Shown here in pieces: positions 1 to 10,949 of a stretch of 64,000 nt of DNA; within the stretch, counting starts at the first letter, position 1, and the number at the start of each line of letters is the position of its first letter. The stretch covers positions 28,859 to 92,858 of IMG/VR virus record IMGVR_UViG_3300031834_000001. One strand, written 5' to 3'. The translations under genes were made by a program, and so were the position numbers. This DNA comes from a virus. The notes under the pieces are model-generated. The model searched no databases. It was not told the DNA's origin and saw only the letters and a list, made by a program, of their open reading frames with translations.

Positions 1-367
1 GGACCCGAACCTCCCGTCAGGCTTCGCTTGACGGCTAGGGAGGTCAAGAAGGCCAAGCCGGAAGGGGGCGGCCCGGCATGACCGACCACGCCCTGCTCGA
101 CGTGTCCGGCTGGCCCGCCGTGTCGTTTGTTCCGGCCGGGGAGTACAACGGGGACGCGCTAATCCCGGCTCCGGTTCCGAACCTCTGCGCCGGCGTCTCC
201 TTGGTGGGCCTCTATCGCGTGTCCCTCGACGACCTCCTGGCCGCCAAGGTTGCCCAGATACCGAAGACGATTACCTGCCCCGCCGGGGTGTTTGCGTGGC
301 ACCGGACGTCCACCTACGGCTTCTGCGCCTACTACGTCAGGGTAAGCGAAGAGGGGAGAGGTTGAGC

Positions 368-796
368 ATGGATACCGACGCCGCCTATGCCGCCCGGCTC
401 ATGGCGGAGACCGATGAGGGCCTGGCCACCGAGGTCATGGGGTGGTCCCTCTCACCCACCGGGCACCACTGGTACGGCCCGCCCGATGAGAAGGGCCGGA
501 CGACATTGGTGGCCGCCGCCGAATGTTGGCACCCCTCCTCCGACTGGGCCGACCTGGGCATGGCGCTCGACAAGGCGACCACGCCCGGCGAGGATGGCCA
601 ACGGATCGCGGGACGCTTCGTCGCCTGGCCGACGCCGGAAGGTTGGAGCGCCGAGGTGCCCGTGGCCAGGTCAGTCTACGCCAATGGCTATGGCCCCACG
701 AAGAAGGCCGCATTGGCCATGGCCATCCTGAGCGCGGCGAGGTTGAGACGGAAGGAACGGGAGATGCAGGTTGGACCAATTGGAGGCGATGCTTGA
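368..796 (+). CDS. Phage ABA-sandwich/NinX-like protein
   Basis: LATEVMGW...HPSSDWADLG...ALAMAILSA pattern; start moved to ATG 368 after GAGAGG. Confidence 0.55.
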   Translation: MDTDAAYAARLMAETDEGLATEVMGWSLSPTGHHWYGPPDEKGRTTLVAAAECWHPSSDWADLGMALDKATTPGEDGQRIAGRFVAWPTPEGWSAEVPVARSVYANGYGPTKKAALAMAILSAARLRRKEREMQVGPIGGDA

Positions 797-1166
797 CATG
801 CCCGACATCGACACCCTGAGCGGCCAGGAGTTAGACGCCGCCGTGACCGAGGAGGTTCTCGGTATCTCGATTAGGGTTGTGCCGCCAGACATGGCCCTAT
901 CGCCCTCCATCTTCCCCACGAAGCCCAAGCCCATCTCCTCCGACTGGGCAGCCCACGGACTCCTGGTGGAGAGGTTGGAACACCTGGGCTTCCTGTGGGC
1001 CATGGAGCAGACGCTCTGCGAGTCAAAGATGAGGTCCAGCATCGTCTACGGCGTCCGGGTCCGAGTCTCGCCCGGCGTAAGCGGCTACGGCCACTCCCGG
1101 GACCTCCGGGAAGCCCTGGGCCGCGCCGCCCTCAAGGCCGTCAGAGCGAGGGAGGCTATGGCATGA
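789..1166 (+). CDS. Phage ABA-sandwich/NinX-like protein
   Basis: LSGQELDAAVTEEVLG...SSDWAAHGLLVERL...ALGRAALKAV; GGAGG upstream. Confidence 0.6.
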   Translation: MLDMPDIDTLSGQELDAAVTEEVLGISIRVVPPDMALSPSIFPTKPKPISSDWAAHGLLVERLEHLGFLWAMEQTLCESKMRSSIVYGVRVRVSPGVSGYGHSRDLREALGRAALKAVRAREAMA

Positions 1167-1408
1167 AACGCACCTTGTGCGAGTGTGACGCCTGCGGGGC
1201 TCGGGACGCCCTGGAAGTCACGGTGGTCGTGGGCCGTTGCGCGGACCCCTCTGGCCACGGCTACGAGGCGAGCACGGACACCGTGGACCTCTGCCCCGCC
1301 TGTCTGGTCAGGGAGTTGCGGGGCGTACTTGGGACCCTGCATTGGACCGCCGTCAAGGATTGGGTAGCCGAGATTCGCAAGAAGGGACGGGCGGCCGCCG
1401 ATGGCTAG
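1163..1408 (+). CDS. Small Zn-binding phage protein
   Basis: CDACG...DLCPAC; ATGA overlap with the previous gene. Confidence 0.55.
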   Translation: MKRTLCECDACGARDALEVTVVVGRCADPSGHGYEASTDTVDLCPACLVRELRGVLGTLHWTAVKDWVAEIRKKGRAAADG

Positions 1409-1848
1409 CGACACCTGCGGAACCTGCTTCACCTGGGCCGCCCGCAAACGCCGCCGCTACCCACGCGGACAATGGGGAGCCTGCCACCACTGTTCGACTA
1501 GGCGACACGGTTGGCTCTGGGCGGGCGAGAAAGCCTGCGAGCTCTGGGAGAGGAGGGCGGCAACGTGACCGAGGAGGACTTTGACGCCGCCGCTTTTGAG
1601 TGGCACCTATCCCTCTACCACCGCCTAAAGCCGGAGGACGTGGAGGTTACCGACGTTCCCGGCTACTGGCGCATGGTAATCCCGTGCGCCGGGCGGCCCG
1701 AGTGTGGGCAACCGATCCATTTGGCCATGTTCAACGAGGACCCCATGAAGCACACAGTTTACTATCTGGACCACGACCGCGACGGAAGCGGCAGGTTCCT
1801 CAGCCCTTACCGGACCTGGCGGGCGCTCTGGGAGAGGAGGGAGGCCAA

Positions 1849-2178
1849 GTGACCTTCTCCCCCGAGCACGTTGCGATGATCCTGGCTGGCCGGAAGACTG
1901 AGACGCGCCGGTTAGGCATGACGCCACCCCGCTACCGTGTCGGTCATGTCTACGCCGTCCAACCCGGCCGGGGTCGGGCCGCCGTGGGCCACATTCGCAT
2001 CCTGGACCTCGACCGCCAAATGGTTCGCGAGGTGTCCAATCTCCAGGCGCGGGCCGAGGGGTATGACTCTGTCTTCGAGTTCTGGTCGGCGTTGAACACC
2101 GTGAACGGCCGGGAGGTCCGGGCCGACGAGTGGGTCACGGCGTACAAGTTCGAGTTGGAGGAGGAGACTACCCGGTGA
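1849..2178 (+). CDS. ASCH-domain protein
   Basis: ILAGRKTETRR (GxKxxTxR) ... ARAEGYDS; GTGA-coupled start. Confidence 0.8.
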   Translation: MTFSPEHVAMILAGRKTETRRLGMTPPRYRVGHVYAVQPGRGRAAVGHIRILDLDRQMVREVSNLQARAEGYDSVFEFWSALNTVNGREVRADEWVTAYKFELEEETTR

Positions 2179-2683
2179 GCGAGGTTACGAGGCTTGTCCT
2201 ACTGAGACAATCCGTCCAGGCTGACGTGGATGCCTCTGAGGCCCTGCTCGCCTGGCTTACTCTGGAGCGCAACAAGACTCCCCGGTGGAGATTGCGGATT
2301 CGGTGCCACCTGGCCCGGCGGATCGACAAATGGAAACTGATGGCCCAGGTTTACGAGGGAGTCGTGCGGCGGATTGAGCAGACGCGATTGGACGCTCGGG
2401 CCGAGTCGGAGACAGAGGAGGATTCCCGATGACCGAGGCCATGGGGCTCGGCCGACTGGAGAACGCCGTCCGGGCTAACCTGGCGGACGCCGAGAGGGTG
2501 GAGCGCCTTCTTCGCGAGAGGCTTGCCCTAACTCCTTGGTGGCAATGGGACCTCCGGCGAGCCAGAGGGAAAACGGCCACCCTGTACTTCGGGATGGTCA
2601 AGGGTTACAGGGTAGTCCTGGAGCTCATCGAGTGGACGCGCATCCGGGACGCCCGGGCCCAGTCGGAAGCGAAGGGGAGTTGA
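2175..2683 (+). CDS. Two tandem paralogous small ORFs (2175-2432, 2429-2683)
   Basis: Shared TPxW motif and C-termini EQTRLDARAESE / EWTRIRDARAQSE; coupled starts. Confidence 0.55.
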
Positions 2684-2929
2684 CCGCCCGCGGCCGCTCC
2701 ATGCCCCATGACGAGTATGGGCTACCCCTCGTCACCCTGCCGCCAGGGGAGCGCGAGGTCCGCCTGCTGGAAATCCAGGCCCGCTTCTATGGACCGGGCC
2801 AACGGGGCATGGACCGCTTGGCCGACCTCATCACGGGGATTAACGCTAACCTCCCGGCCGAGGAGAGGGAGCGGCGACGCCTGCTATTCACGGACCGTCC
2901 CAGGGGTCCGGGAAAGGTTAAGGTGGCCC

Positions 2930-3769
2930 ATGACTGACGCGGCGTTCGAGGCCCTACTAACTGAATCGCGCCCAATCCGTCGCCGTCTGTCGCGTCGGTT
3001 CTGGGTGCCCGGCATGGACCGCGAGGACATGGAGCAGATTCTGGCCCTCGCGGTCTGGCTGGCCATGGCGAACTTTGACCCGGCGCGATCCCCTCTCGGT
3101 TTTTACCTCCGAATGACCATGCTGCGGGCCGCCCAGAGCGTCGTCAAATCGGCATTTGCGGATGCCCGCCGGGCTCACGTCGGCATCCAGAGTCTTGACG
3201 AAATCCGGTCCGGCGAGGACGGCCATCTCCGCCGGGAGCCCTGGGCGCACGAATCCGGCTACCTCTCTCTGGAGGACGCCGACTGGCAGGAGGACCTCAT
3301 CGCCGAGGCTCATCTGACCCGCCTGGAGCGCGAGTCGTTCCTGGGCATCCTCGGCAACCGCTACATCCCCGGCATCCTCAGCGAGATAGCCGCCGACCTC
3401 GGAGTCACGGCCGACCAGGTCGGCAATGCCTGGAGTCGGGCTCGCGGGAAACTCGGCGCGGTCGTGGCTCTCAGGGAACCCCATCGGATCCCGGAGGGCG
3501 TGAGAGTTCAAATCGGTTGGCGGCTTACGTCCGGCAAACTCTGCATGGACGGCCAATGGTACAAGCTTCGCAGGTGGAGCCGGGCCCAGCCGGACTGCTA
3601 TGAGGCCGAGTCGGGCGGGCAAACGTGTCTCGTTAGGGCGGACCGGGTAATCAGGATGGACGCGCGGGCTTGGGGCGGCCGGGCGGAACATGCGGTCGGC
3701 GTGGCTACCTGGCGCGGGCCGATGTGGGCGCAGGAGAGTTTCGGGTGGGAGGATGGCGAGGGTGGCTAA
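2930..3769 (+). CDS. SigH-like RNA polymerase sigma factor with C-terminal extension
   Basis: Region 2-like FWVPGMDREDMEQ...AMANFDPAR; SLDE; region 4 LTRLERESF...SEIAADLGVTADQVGNAWSRARGKL, resembling SigH (K.IDNALQR.KRKL). Confidence 0.75.
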   Translation: MTDAAFEALLTESRPIRRRLSRRFWVPGMDREDMEQILALAVWLAMANFDPARSPLGFYLRMTMLRAAQSVVKSAFADARRAHVGIQSLDEIRSGEDGHLRREPWAHESGYLSLEDADWQEDLIAEAHLTRLERESFLGILGNRYIPGILSEIAADLGVTADQVGNAWSRARGKLGAVVALREPHRIPEGVRVQIGWRLTSGKLCMDGQWYKLRRWSRAQPDCYEAESGGQTCLVRADRVIRMDARAWGGRAEHAVGVATWRGPMWAQESFGWEDGEGG

Positions 3770-4292
3770 GGCCAAGGCTGTCGGCAGGGTTTACGGCGAG
3801 CCCCGGTTATACGAGAAGAAGTTGGCGCGGGTTATGGAACGCCTGGGCGTCGAGGATTCCGACTTCAACTATGATCGCTTCGGGGCCTCCGTCCAATTTC
3901 GCTATAAGGGTTCCCTCTACGCCTTCGAGCACACGGTCGAGCGGGCCAAGCAACGCGGCCTGGGCATCGTCTACGGCTCCGACTGCTTCGCCCAACTCGT
4001 TCACGCCTTGGAGGACATCGCCCGCCTGGTCGAGCGGGGCATCTATGACCTCCAGACTTGGGTGGTCGGCCTCAAGGCCCTGCCCGCCGCGACGAACCTG
4101 CCCGACTGGTGCAAGGTGCTGGGCCTGGCCGAAATCCCGGTGTCCTTCGACGACGTGAAAGCCAGGTACCGGGAGTTGTCGAAGGCGCGCCACCCCGACC
4201 AGGGCGGCACGGACTCCGAGTTCAGACTGCTCAACGAGGCTTACGAAGAAGCCGAACGGAGTTTCGGGAAGGGAGACGGTGAGTGTGTCTGA
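3753..4292 (+). CDS. C-terminal J-domain (DnaJ-like) protein
   Basis: VLGL...VKARYRELSKARHPDQGG...FRLLNEAYEEA (HPD motif). Confidence 0.85.
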   Translation: MARVAKAKAVGRVYGEPRLYEKKLARVMERLGVEDSDFNYDRFGASVQFRYKGSLYAFEHTVERAKQRGLGIVYGSDCFAQLVHALEDIARLVERGIYDLQTWVVGLKALPAATNLPDWCKVLGLAEIPVSFDDVKARYRELSKARHPDQGGTDSEFRLLNEAYEEAERSFGKGDGECV

Positions 4293-6569
4293 CCAGAAGG
4301 ATGACCGGCGGGCGCGGTGGGCGGCATGTCTCGCGAGGGGTTGGGTGTCCCTGGAGGATGAGCGTTTGCTTGACTCCGATTTCGTGTCCGCGCCCGGTGC
4401 CCCGTTACCAATATCCATCTTGCCCGGGTTAGGCGTCCTCGACGACGTCCGGCAGACTCTCATCATGCGCATGGCCGCCGTCGAAATCGAGTGGGACCAC
4501 GGCATGCTGACCGACGATGACTACCGCGCTCGCAAGGAGGATATCGTCGCCGAGGTGACCGGGCTGTTCCGGGACACGTTGGGGCGGACGTTGGGATTGG
4601 AGAGCGCGTGATCGCCGCCGACCCCGATGACCTGCGCGGCATGGGCGACCATAACCGGCTTGATGCGCTCGCCCGATTAGTCGCCTTGGGTCTGCGCCGC
4701 AAGGTTAGCCACCTCCCCAGATGGGACGGGCCGAGGGTGGAGCGGCCGGTGGACTACCTGGTGCTACCGTTTCGCCTGACCATCGTGGTGGACAAGGAGG
4801 CCAACGAGGATGGCTAGAGTAGAGAGGTTGCCCCTGTCCCGCAGGTTCGCTCGCGCTGCCCTGCGCTTCGCAGATTTCGCCCTGCGTCTCTTGGGTTTCC
4901 AACACATCTTCAGCACCTGCGAACCCTGCGAATACCCGGTCGGCCTGGTGACCCACCGGGGCAGGGTGGACATGGTTCTGCGGGCCGGAACGTTAGACCT
5001 GTTCGACCATGTGGAGGACCCGAGCCTGTCGGAGGACGCCGTCGTGTTCCCGCCGTCCCTTACGCGCCGGTTCGTCACCAAGGCCCACGCCCTCTACGAG
5101 GTTTGGGGGCGGCCATGCCGACTCCCCCGACCCCTGGCGGACGTGACGTTGGCCGAGTTGGCGATGACCTGCATGGTCTGCCCGGCCCAGTGGGAGGGCA
5201 AGACGACCGGCGGGCGCGAGGTCTACATCCGCTACCGTCATGGGCGCTTCACGGTGGACCTGAATGGATTTCGATACTACTCCGCCAAACTCGGCGATGA
5301 CTCCGCGTCCGACATGACCACCGAGGAGATGCTCGCCTACACCGGGATGGCCATGGCTCCCGGAGTCAGCCCGACCGGCTGGGCGGATTGGATGAACGGC
5401 GAGACCGAGAAGCGGCAGGAAGGGGAGGTTGGCAAGGATGTCTGATGAGTTGACCCGGCCGTGCCCGGACGCTAGGGCGGATGAGATTGCCGCCCGGCTA
5501 GCCAAGTATGGCGAAGCGGAAATGTTCACCTCGCCGAGTTGGGAGGACGTTTCTACCTTGATCGCCGACCGGGCTTGGGCGAACAAGAGACTCCACGGCC
5601 GTGGGGTAGGTTGGCTCGCTTATTCCCCCTCGTGGTACGTGAAAGCCCTGGTGGCCGAGACGACCCCGGAGGAGAGGGCTCGCTACGATGGCTACCGGCG
5701 CGGCCAGGGCGACTTCACCGACCGATTCTGTGCCGGGCTCGCCGAGTGTGCCTTGGGCGACAGGTTGGCCGAGGTCGTTGGTTATATCCAAACTCGCAAG
5801 GAGGCTCCCCATGCTGACCAGAGTTGAGCGGCAAGCCCTGCGGGACAGGCTGGCCCCGGTGGAGGTGAAGTGGAAGAGTTATGGCAGGGATGCCTGGGAG
5901 GGGCGCTTCGAGCATTCCGGCGACTTCGTCTGTTGGCTATGGATAGAGCATCGCGTCCCGCTCGGTTGGTGGTGGGGGGCGTATGTGGCCGAGAGTATCG
6001 CTGCGGGCCATTGCGGGCATTACAGCGTGATAGGTCATGCCAAGTCGTCCCTCCCTACCCTCGCCGCCGCCCAATCCGCCGCCTCCTCCTGGCTCACCTC
6101 CCACCTCCATCCCGACCGGGAGGCCATCCTCTCCCTGCTCGACTGGGCGGATGAGGTGGATGCGCCTACGGAGGCGGCCACGTCTATACCCTTCCCGCCC
6201 GGATTGACGGGGGAAACCGTGGAAATTGAGGGTGACCTGGTCGCCACGCCGACCCCGGAGGCCGAGACTCTCCAGGCCATCCAGGAGTGGTTTGAAGCCA
6301 TGCTGATGAAGACGCGGCCCTGGATGTCCTGGGACGTCGGCACGGACGGGCCGTACCCGCCCCACAGGCCATTCGCTATAGGCGTCGAGACTCCGGCGGT
6401 TGGCTACGACACTATCCGCGACGGCGCGAGACTCCTGGGCATCGAGGCCCCCGAGTGGGGCGCGGCGTATGCGTGGGCAAAGGCGAGGTTGGAACAGTGG
6501 AAGGAGGCCACGCGCCCGCAGGCCCTGGAGTGGGCGCGGGTCAGGGAAGCCGAGGAGGAGTCGCCATGA
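4279..6569 (+). CDS. Run of overlapping hypothetical ORFs (4279-4611, 4608-4817, 4810-5445, 5438-5827, 5811-6569)
   Basis: Overlapping start/stop junctions with GGAG-type RBS; no family recognised. Confidence 0.55.
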
Positions 6570-6922
6570 CCACCCTATCCCCCAAGGAAATCCTGGCCCT
6601 GCGTGGTCGGGAGTTGGATGCCGAGATAGACCGGATGCTGGGCAGGGACCCCTGGGCGGCGGCGGCCAGCTCGCCCGGTCGGCGCGTCCTTGAGGTTGTC
6701 GGCTTCATGTTGTCGAAGGGCTTTTCATTCACCCTGACCGTCGCGCCCAGCCCCATGCCCATGTTCCGCGCCGCTTTCCAACGTAGCCAGCCCTACGAGT
6801 CGGACGCCGACTCCACCTATCCCGCCGATGCTGTCTGCTGGGCGGCGCTGCTGGCGTGGAGTGAGGAGGGTGAAGGAACCTCCGGCTCCCCGGCCCAACT
6901 ACCCCACCCGAAAGGAGAGTGA
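6566..6922 (+). CDS. Phage ABA-sandwich/NinX-like protein
   Basis: LRGRELDAEID...ADAVCWAALLA. Confidence 0.55.
   Translation: MTTLSPKEILALRGRELDAEIDRMLGRDPWAAAASSPGRRVLEVVGFMLSKGFSFTLTVAPSPMPMFRAAFQRSQPYESDADSTYPADAVCWAALLAWSEEGEGTSGSPAQLPHPKGE
6873..6901 (+). promoter_or_regulatory. Putative phage-sigma promoter AAGGAACC-N15-CAACTA
   Basis: Same motif and spacing at 5 sites; followed by AAAGGAG RBS and ATG. Confidence 0.65.
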
Positions 6923-9903
6923 TGACCATGACCACCAAACTCCCCGTGCCCGTCCGTTCCGGCCTCCCTCACGGCTATGACTTCGATGTCCGCCTAGACG
7001 GCCGGTCCGTCACCGTCGAGCTAGTCCGAAGCACCCTCTTGGCGTCCAACTCGGTTGCCAGGAGACCCGCAAACTTCTTCGTTCCCATCGACTCCACCAC
7101 ACTTACCCCGCCCTCCTGGTTTGCCTGGCTATTTGGTGACCGCCTCCACCTCCGGGTCCGGCAGGCTGGCCGAGAACTCGCGAGGAGGGCCTGGGAGAGG
7201 GAGGCCGCCACGAAGCCCCCGCCGGATAGGACGCCCCGCAAGTACCGGGCCAACGACATCGTCAAGGGGTACCAGCCGACTGAGGGGATGGCTGAGGACG
7301 CCGAGCCGCCCAAGGGTGGCAGCGGGGTCAGGTATCCCGCGACAGTCAAAGTAACCAAGGTGAGCCGGGGAACCCTCGACTCCCTGGTGGCCGAAGAAGT
7401 TGAGGTCGCCGAGGGCGAGTTGGGTGATCCGGCAGAGGAGGTCTCTCCGTGAGAACTAGATGGACATGGGGTTTCCGCGAGGACACGCCCTACACGCTGA
7501 CCCGGCGTGCCGAAGGCCCCAACGTGGTCTTCGAGATTGACGGGCGATCCCGGTGGCGCCGTGTGGACTACCGGTATGGCTACTACTACCCCACCTGGCA
7601 CTGGGTTGTCACGCCGTTCACCTGGGCTGGCACGCTTTGCGGGCGCGCCTTCGAGGAGAGAGTGGCCAAGGCTGCCGGGCAGGCCGAGAGGCTTCTGGCG
7701 TTGCTGAGGGCCGGGGATGACGAAGCGAAGCGGGCGCACGAGGAGGCCAAGAGGGTGGCGGGGCTAGTCGGAGATGACGGAGGCGAGGGTAAGCCATGAC
7801 CTGCAGAGTGGTCGTCGAACCGCGAGGAGACGCCGTCGTTGTCAGGCTTACCAGGTGCCTGGCGAACTGCGCACCGATGATGAGCGGTTCTTGCGTCGAG
7901 GAAGAGGACCCGGAGGCGTGCTCCGAGCGTCGGCCTGTCTGGTGGGTCTACCTGCCCGGCTGGCTGGCCCGGTTGTTCGGAGCCACCCCCGAGTCCAGGG
8001 TTGCCCGCGCCCATCGGATAGCCGCAAGGCACGCCGAGAGGCTCAACGTCCAAGGTGAACGGTATGACCGGGCGTGCGAGCAGGCCAAGAGGGTAGCAAT
8101 GTTGTGGGGAAGTGGCAAGGATGTCTAGCCTAACCGGCAGGCCCACCTGTCCCCGGTTGGTGGCATTGGAGGTTACCGCCCATGGCGAGAAGGCCAGGGG
8201 GTATCGTTGCGCCAACGTGTTCTGCTTGGAGCGCCCGCCCAACCCGTGCGACTGGAGCGAGCCATTCACCCCGGCAGACTCGCAACCTCTGCCGACGCCG
8301 CCAGCCAAGGCCCAGTCGCGGTTTTGTGACGCCTGCCAGGAGACGGACTGGCGGAACGCGGATGGCTCCTGGCCGCGAGAGTGGAGACGGTGGTATCAAT
8401 TCGGATGGGTTGCCAAGTTGGCCGGCCACATCCACCTGGCCTGCTACTCCGAGTGGGCCGCTAAGCATCCCGACCGGACCGGCGTTGCCGTGTGCGAGGC
8501 AGACGTCGATGACTAACCTTCTCCCGGCCACCTGGCTCGGTTGGCTGGCCTGGTGCGCGTTGCTTATCGCCAACTATTTCCTTTGGCGACTCCTCTCCCG
8601 CATGGTCGGCCTCGACGCCGGGCTCGGCAGACCGGCCACGGCTGAGGAGGTTGTCGTGTGGGGCCTGGGGCGAGTGGAGAAGCGGCTCGAATGGTGGAAG
8701 ACGCATGGAGGTGTTGAGGATGGCTAGGACGACCACGGTAACCTGCGACTACTGCGGGGCCGAGTTCGGAGAGGCGATGGAATTCATCAATGTGGCCGTG
8801 TCCGTCTTGGGCGTGCGGCGCGGCGAGATTCGCAGTGGATGGGCCCAGACGCTCGCCAGCCTCATCGTTCCGGGCGACTACTGCGACTGGCGGTGCCTGC
8901 TCAAACGGCTGGCCGAGTATGCCAAGGCGGACGGGCTCGACGTGAAGGACCCGCTGACCGAGGAGGCCCCCGTCATCCCCAATCCGCCCCAGACTCCCCC
9001 GCGCGGAGGTTGGATCAGGAAGGGCGGGATAGGCGAGGTTCCCACGTCAGCCAGGCCGCCACTGCTACCGGGGATTCCGAAGGAGGTTGGGCCATGAGCG
9101 ACCACGTCTCCCGCGCCAGGATGCCCATTTCCCAGGACCTCCTCGCCGCCCTCACCCTCCGACCCTGGCAGGCGTTCCTTGTTCGCCTGGCAACCCTGGT
9201 CGGCATGGGCAAACGGCTGACCGACTACTTCCAGGGGCGCGCCCTGGTGGCCCATGTCCGCCGGAGGTTCAACGAGGATTTCCGGCGCAGGTGGGAAGAG
9301 GCGGAGCGGAAGGTGGAGGACGAAATCCTGTACGGCACAGGGTTCAATATCCCGATGGGTATCCTCGATAACCGCGATGACCGGGCGCTCAACGCTTATC
9401 AGGAAGACGAGGAGGTTGACCATGACTGACACGCGTACTATCACCCTCCGGTTCGCCGTGGACATCGAGGTGGCCGTGGTGGATGGCCGGATAAGCCTGG
9501 ACGGTGTTCGCGGGGCCGCCTTGGCCAACCTGGCTACCCAACTTGAGAAACTCTGCTTGCCGGGCCGGACGCTCCTCGTATCGCCGGGAACGGTAACGCT
9601 GACCCTGGCTTCCATGCCCGGCGTGGGAGCCACGTTGTCCGAGGCTGGGCGGGGCTTCAGTTTCCTCCCAGCCGTATTGGCCGCTTTCCACGTCAAACCT
9701 GTCGGGCCTCGTGGGTTGGAGTGCCGGGAGATCATCATCGACGAATTGAGCGAGAAGGCCCCATGACTCTCCCCCTCATCTTCCATGTCACCCGAGCCCT
9801 CCCGCTCGGACCGTCCTCCTGGCGTTCCGGGACGATACCCGCCGACTGCGGGCCGCCCAAGCCGGGTCAGGTGGTCATGGTGAAGATGGAGGCCGACTCT
9901 TGA
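6919..9903 (+). CDS. Run of small hypothetical ORFs (6919-7452, 7449-7799, 7796-8128, 8121-8516, 8509-8727, 8720-9097, 9094-9429, 9422-9766, 9763-9903)
   Basis: ATGA/GTGA overlaps with GGAGG RBS; several Cys-rich or with one hydrophobic segment. Confidence 0.55.
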
Positions 9904-10949
9904 CCACCCTTACCGCTCCCCAACTGGTCTATCAAGCCGCCCTGGCTACCGGGTGGCCCGCTTCCGCCGTGGCCGACGTGCCCGACGGGACTTGCTGGCT
10001 CTGCCAGGGGGAGACCGGCGGCAGGGGTCGGCTGGTCGGCGGCATGTTGTCCGACACGTTCAACGACTCCAACCTGGCTCGCGGCGGGGGCCAGTCTCTC
10101 TGCCCGGCCTGCGTCTTCTGCCTGCAGGAAAGGGTTCGCGCCAAGGCGGGCGAGTCGGCCAAGTTGAGCCCGGATGAGCGAGCTGCCCATCGTCGAGCCA
10201 TGAAGGACCCCGCCCAGGCGGCAAACGGCGTCCTCGGTCTCCGCATGTTCTCCTATCTTGCCACGTCCAACAGACTCCTCCTGCCCGACCGTTCCGAGTG
10301 GCGGGACATACTCCTCTCCCCTCCCGAGCCGCCCTGGACCGCCGCGATAGCCCTTTCCGGCCAGAAACACCTAGCCTTGCGCGGCAGGGTCAACTGGTCC
10401 AACCTGGCCCCCATCGTCCTTCTCGAAATCCAGCTTATCCAGTTCACCCCGGCCAACCTCGCCGCCGACCTGGCCATCATCGAGGACGGGATGACCGTGT
10501 TCTCCAAGACGGAACTGGAGACCGGAGATTACTCCATCCACCGGATAGGCCAGTTCGGACTCGACCGCTTCGAGGAACTGGAGGGACGCCTGGCGGCCAT
10601 GCGTCTCCGGCGAAGCCAGTTTACCCTGGCCGTCTACGTGGCGAGGGAACCTCATGACTCCAGGTGTACTCGGCCCGTCCAACCTCGCCCGAACACCGGG
10701 GTATCCGTGCCCGCTTGCTTCCGCCAGAAGACCCCAACGGCCAAGGCGCAACAAGAAGTCTGGTTCGCCGACCCGGCCAACCGCGCCAAGTGGTCCATGC
10801 GGCCCGGCGCGTGGGAGTGTCACCCCGAGTGCCGGGTACTCCTGGCTCGGTCAGGCGGGCAGAAGGAACCTCGCCCGGCGGCTAGCAACTCCATGATAGC
10901 GAGGGAGGGTTGGGCCGATGGACTCTTCGGGGAGGCCAAGGTTCGCTAG
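9900..10949 (+). CDS. csf1: Type IV CRISPR large subunit Csf1 (Cas8-like)
   Basis: CWLC...SDTFND...LCPAC zinc site and LLSPPEPPW...SGQKHLALRGRVN motif; upstream of csf2/csf3. Confidence 0.8.
   Translation: MTTLTAPQLVYQAALATGWPASAVADVPDGTCWLCQGETGGRGRLVGGMLSDTFNDSNLARGGGQSLCPACVFCLQERVRAKAGESAKLSPDERAAHRRAMKDPAQAANGVLGLRMFSYLATSNRLLLPDRSEWRDILLSPPEPPWTAAIALSGQKHLALRGRVNWSNLAPIVLLEIQLIQFTPANLAADLAIIEDGMTVFSKTELETGDYSIHRIGQFGLDRFEELEGRLAAMRLRRSQFTLAVYVAREPHDSRCTRPVQPRPNTGVSVPACFRQKTPTAKAQQEVWFADPANRAKWSMRPGAWECHPECRVLLARSGGQKEPRPAASNSMIAREGWADGLFGEAKVR
10863..10891 (+). promoter_or_regulatory. Putative phage-sigma promoter AAGGAACC-N15-CAACTC inside the csf1 3' end
   Basis: Motif copy followed by GGGAGG and ATG 10918. 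Confidence 0.55.
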
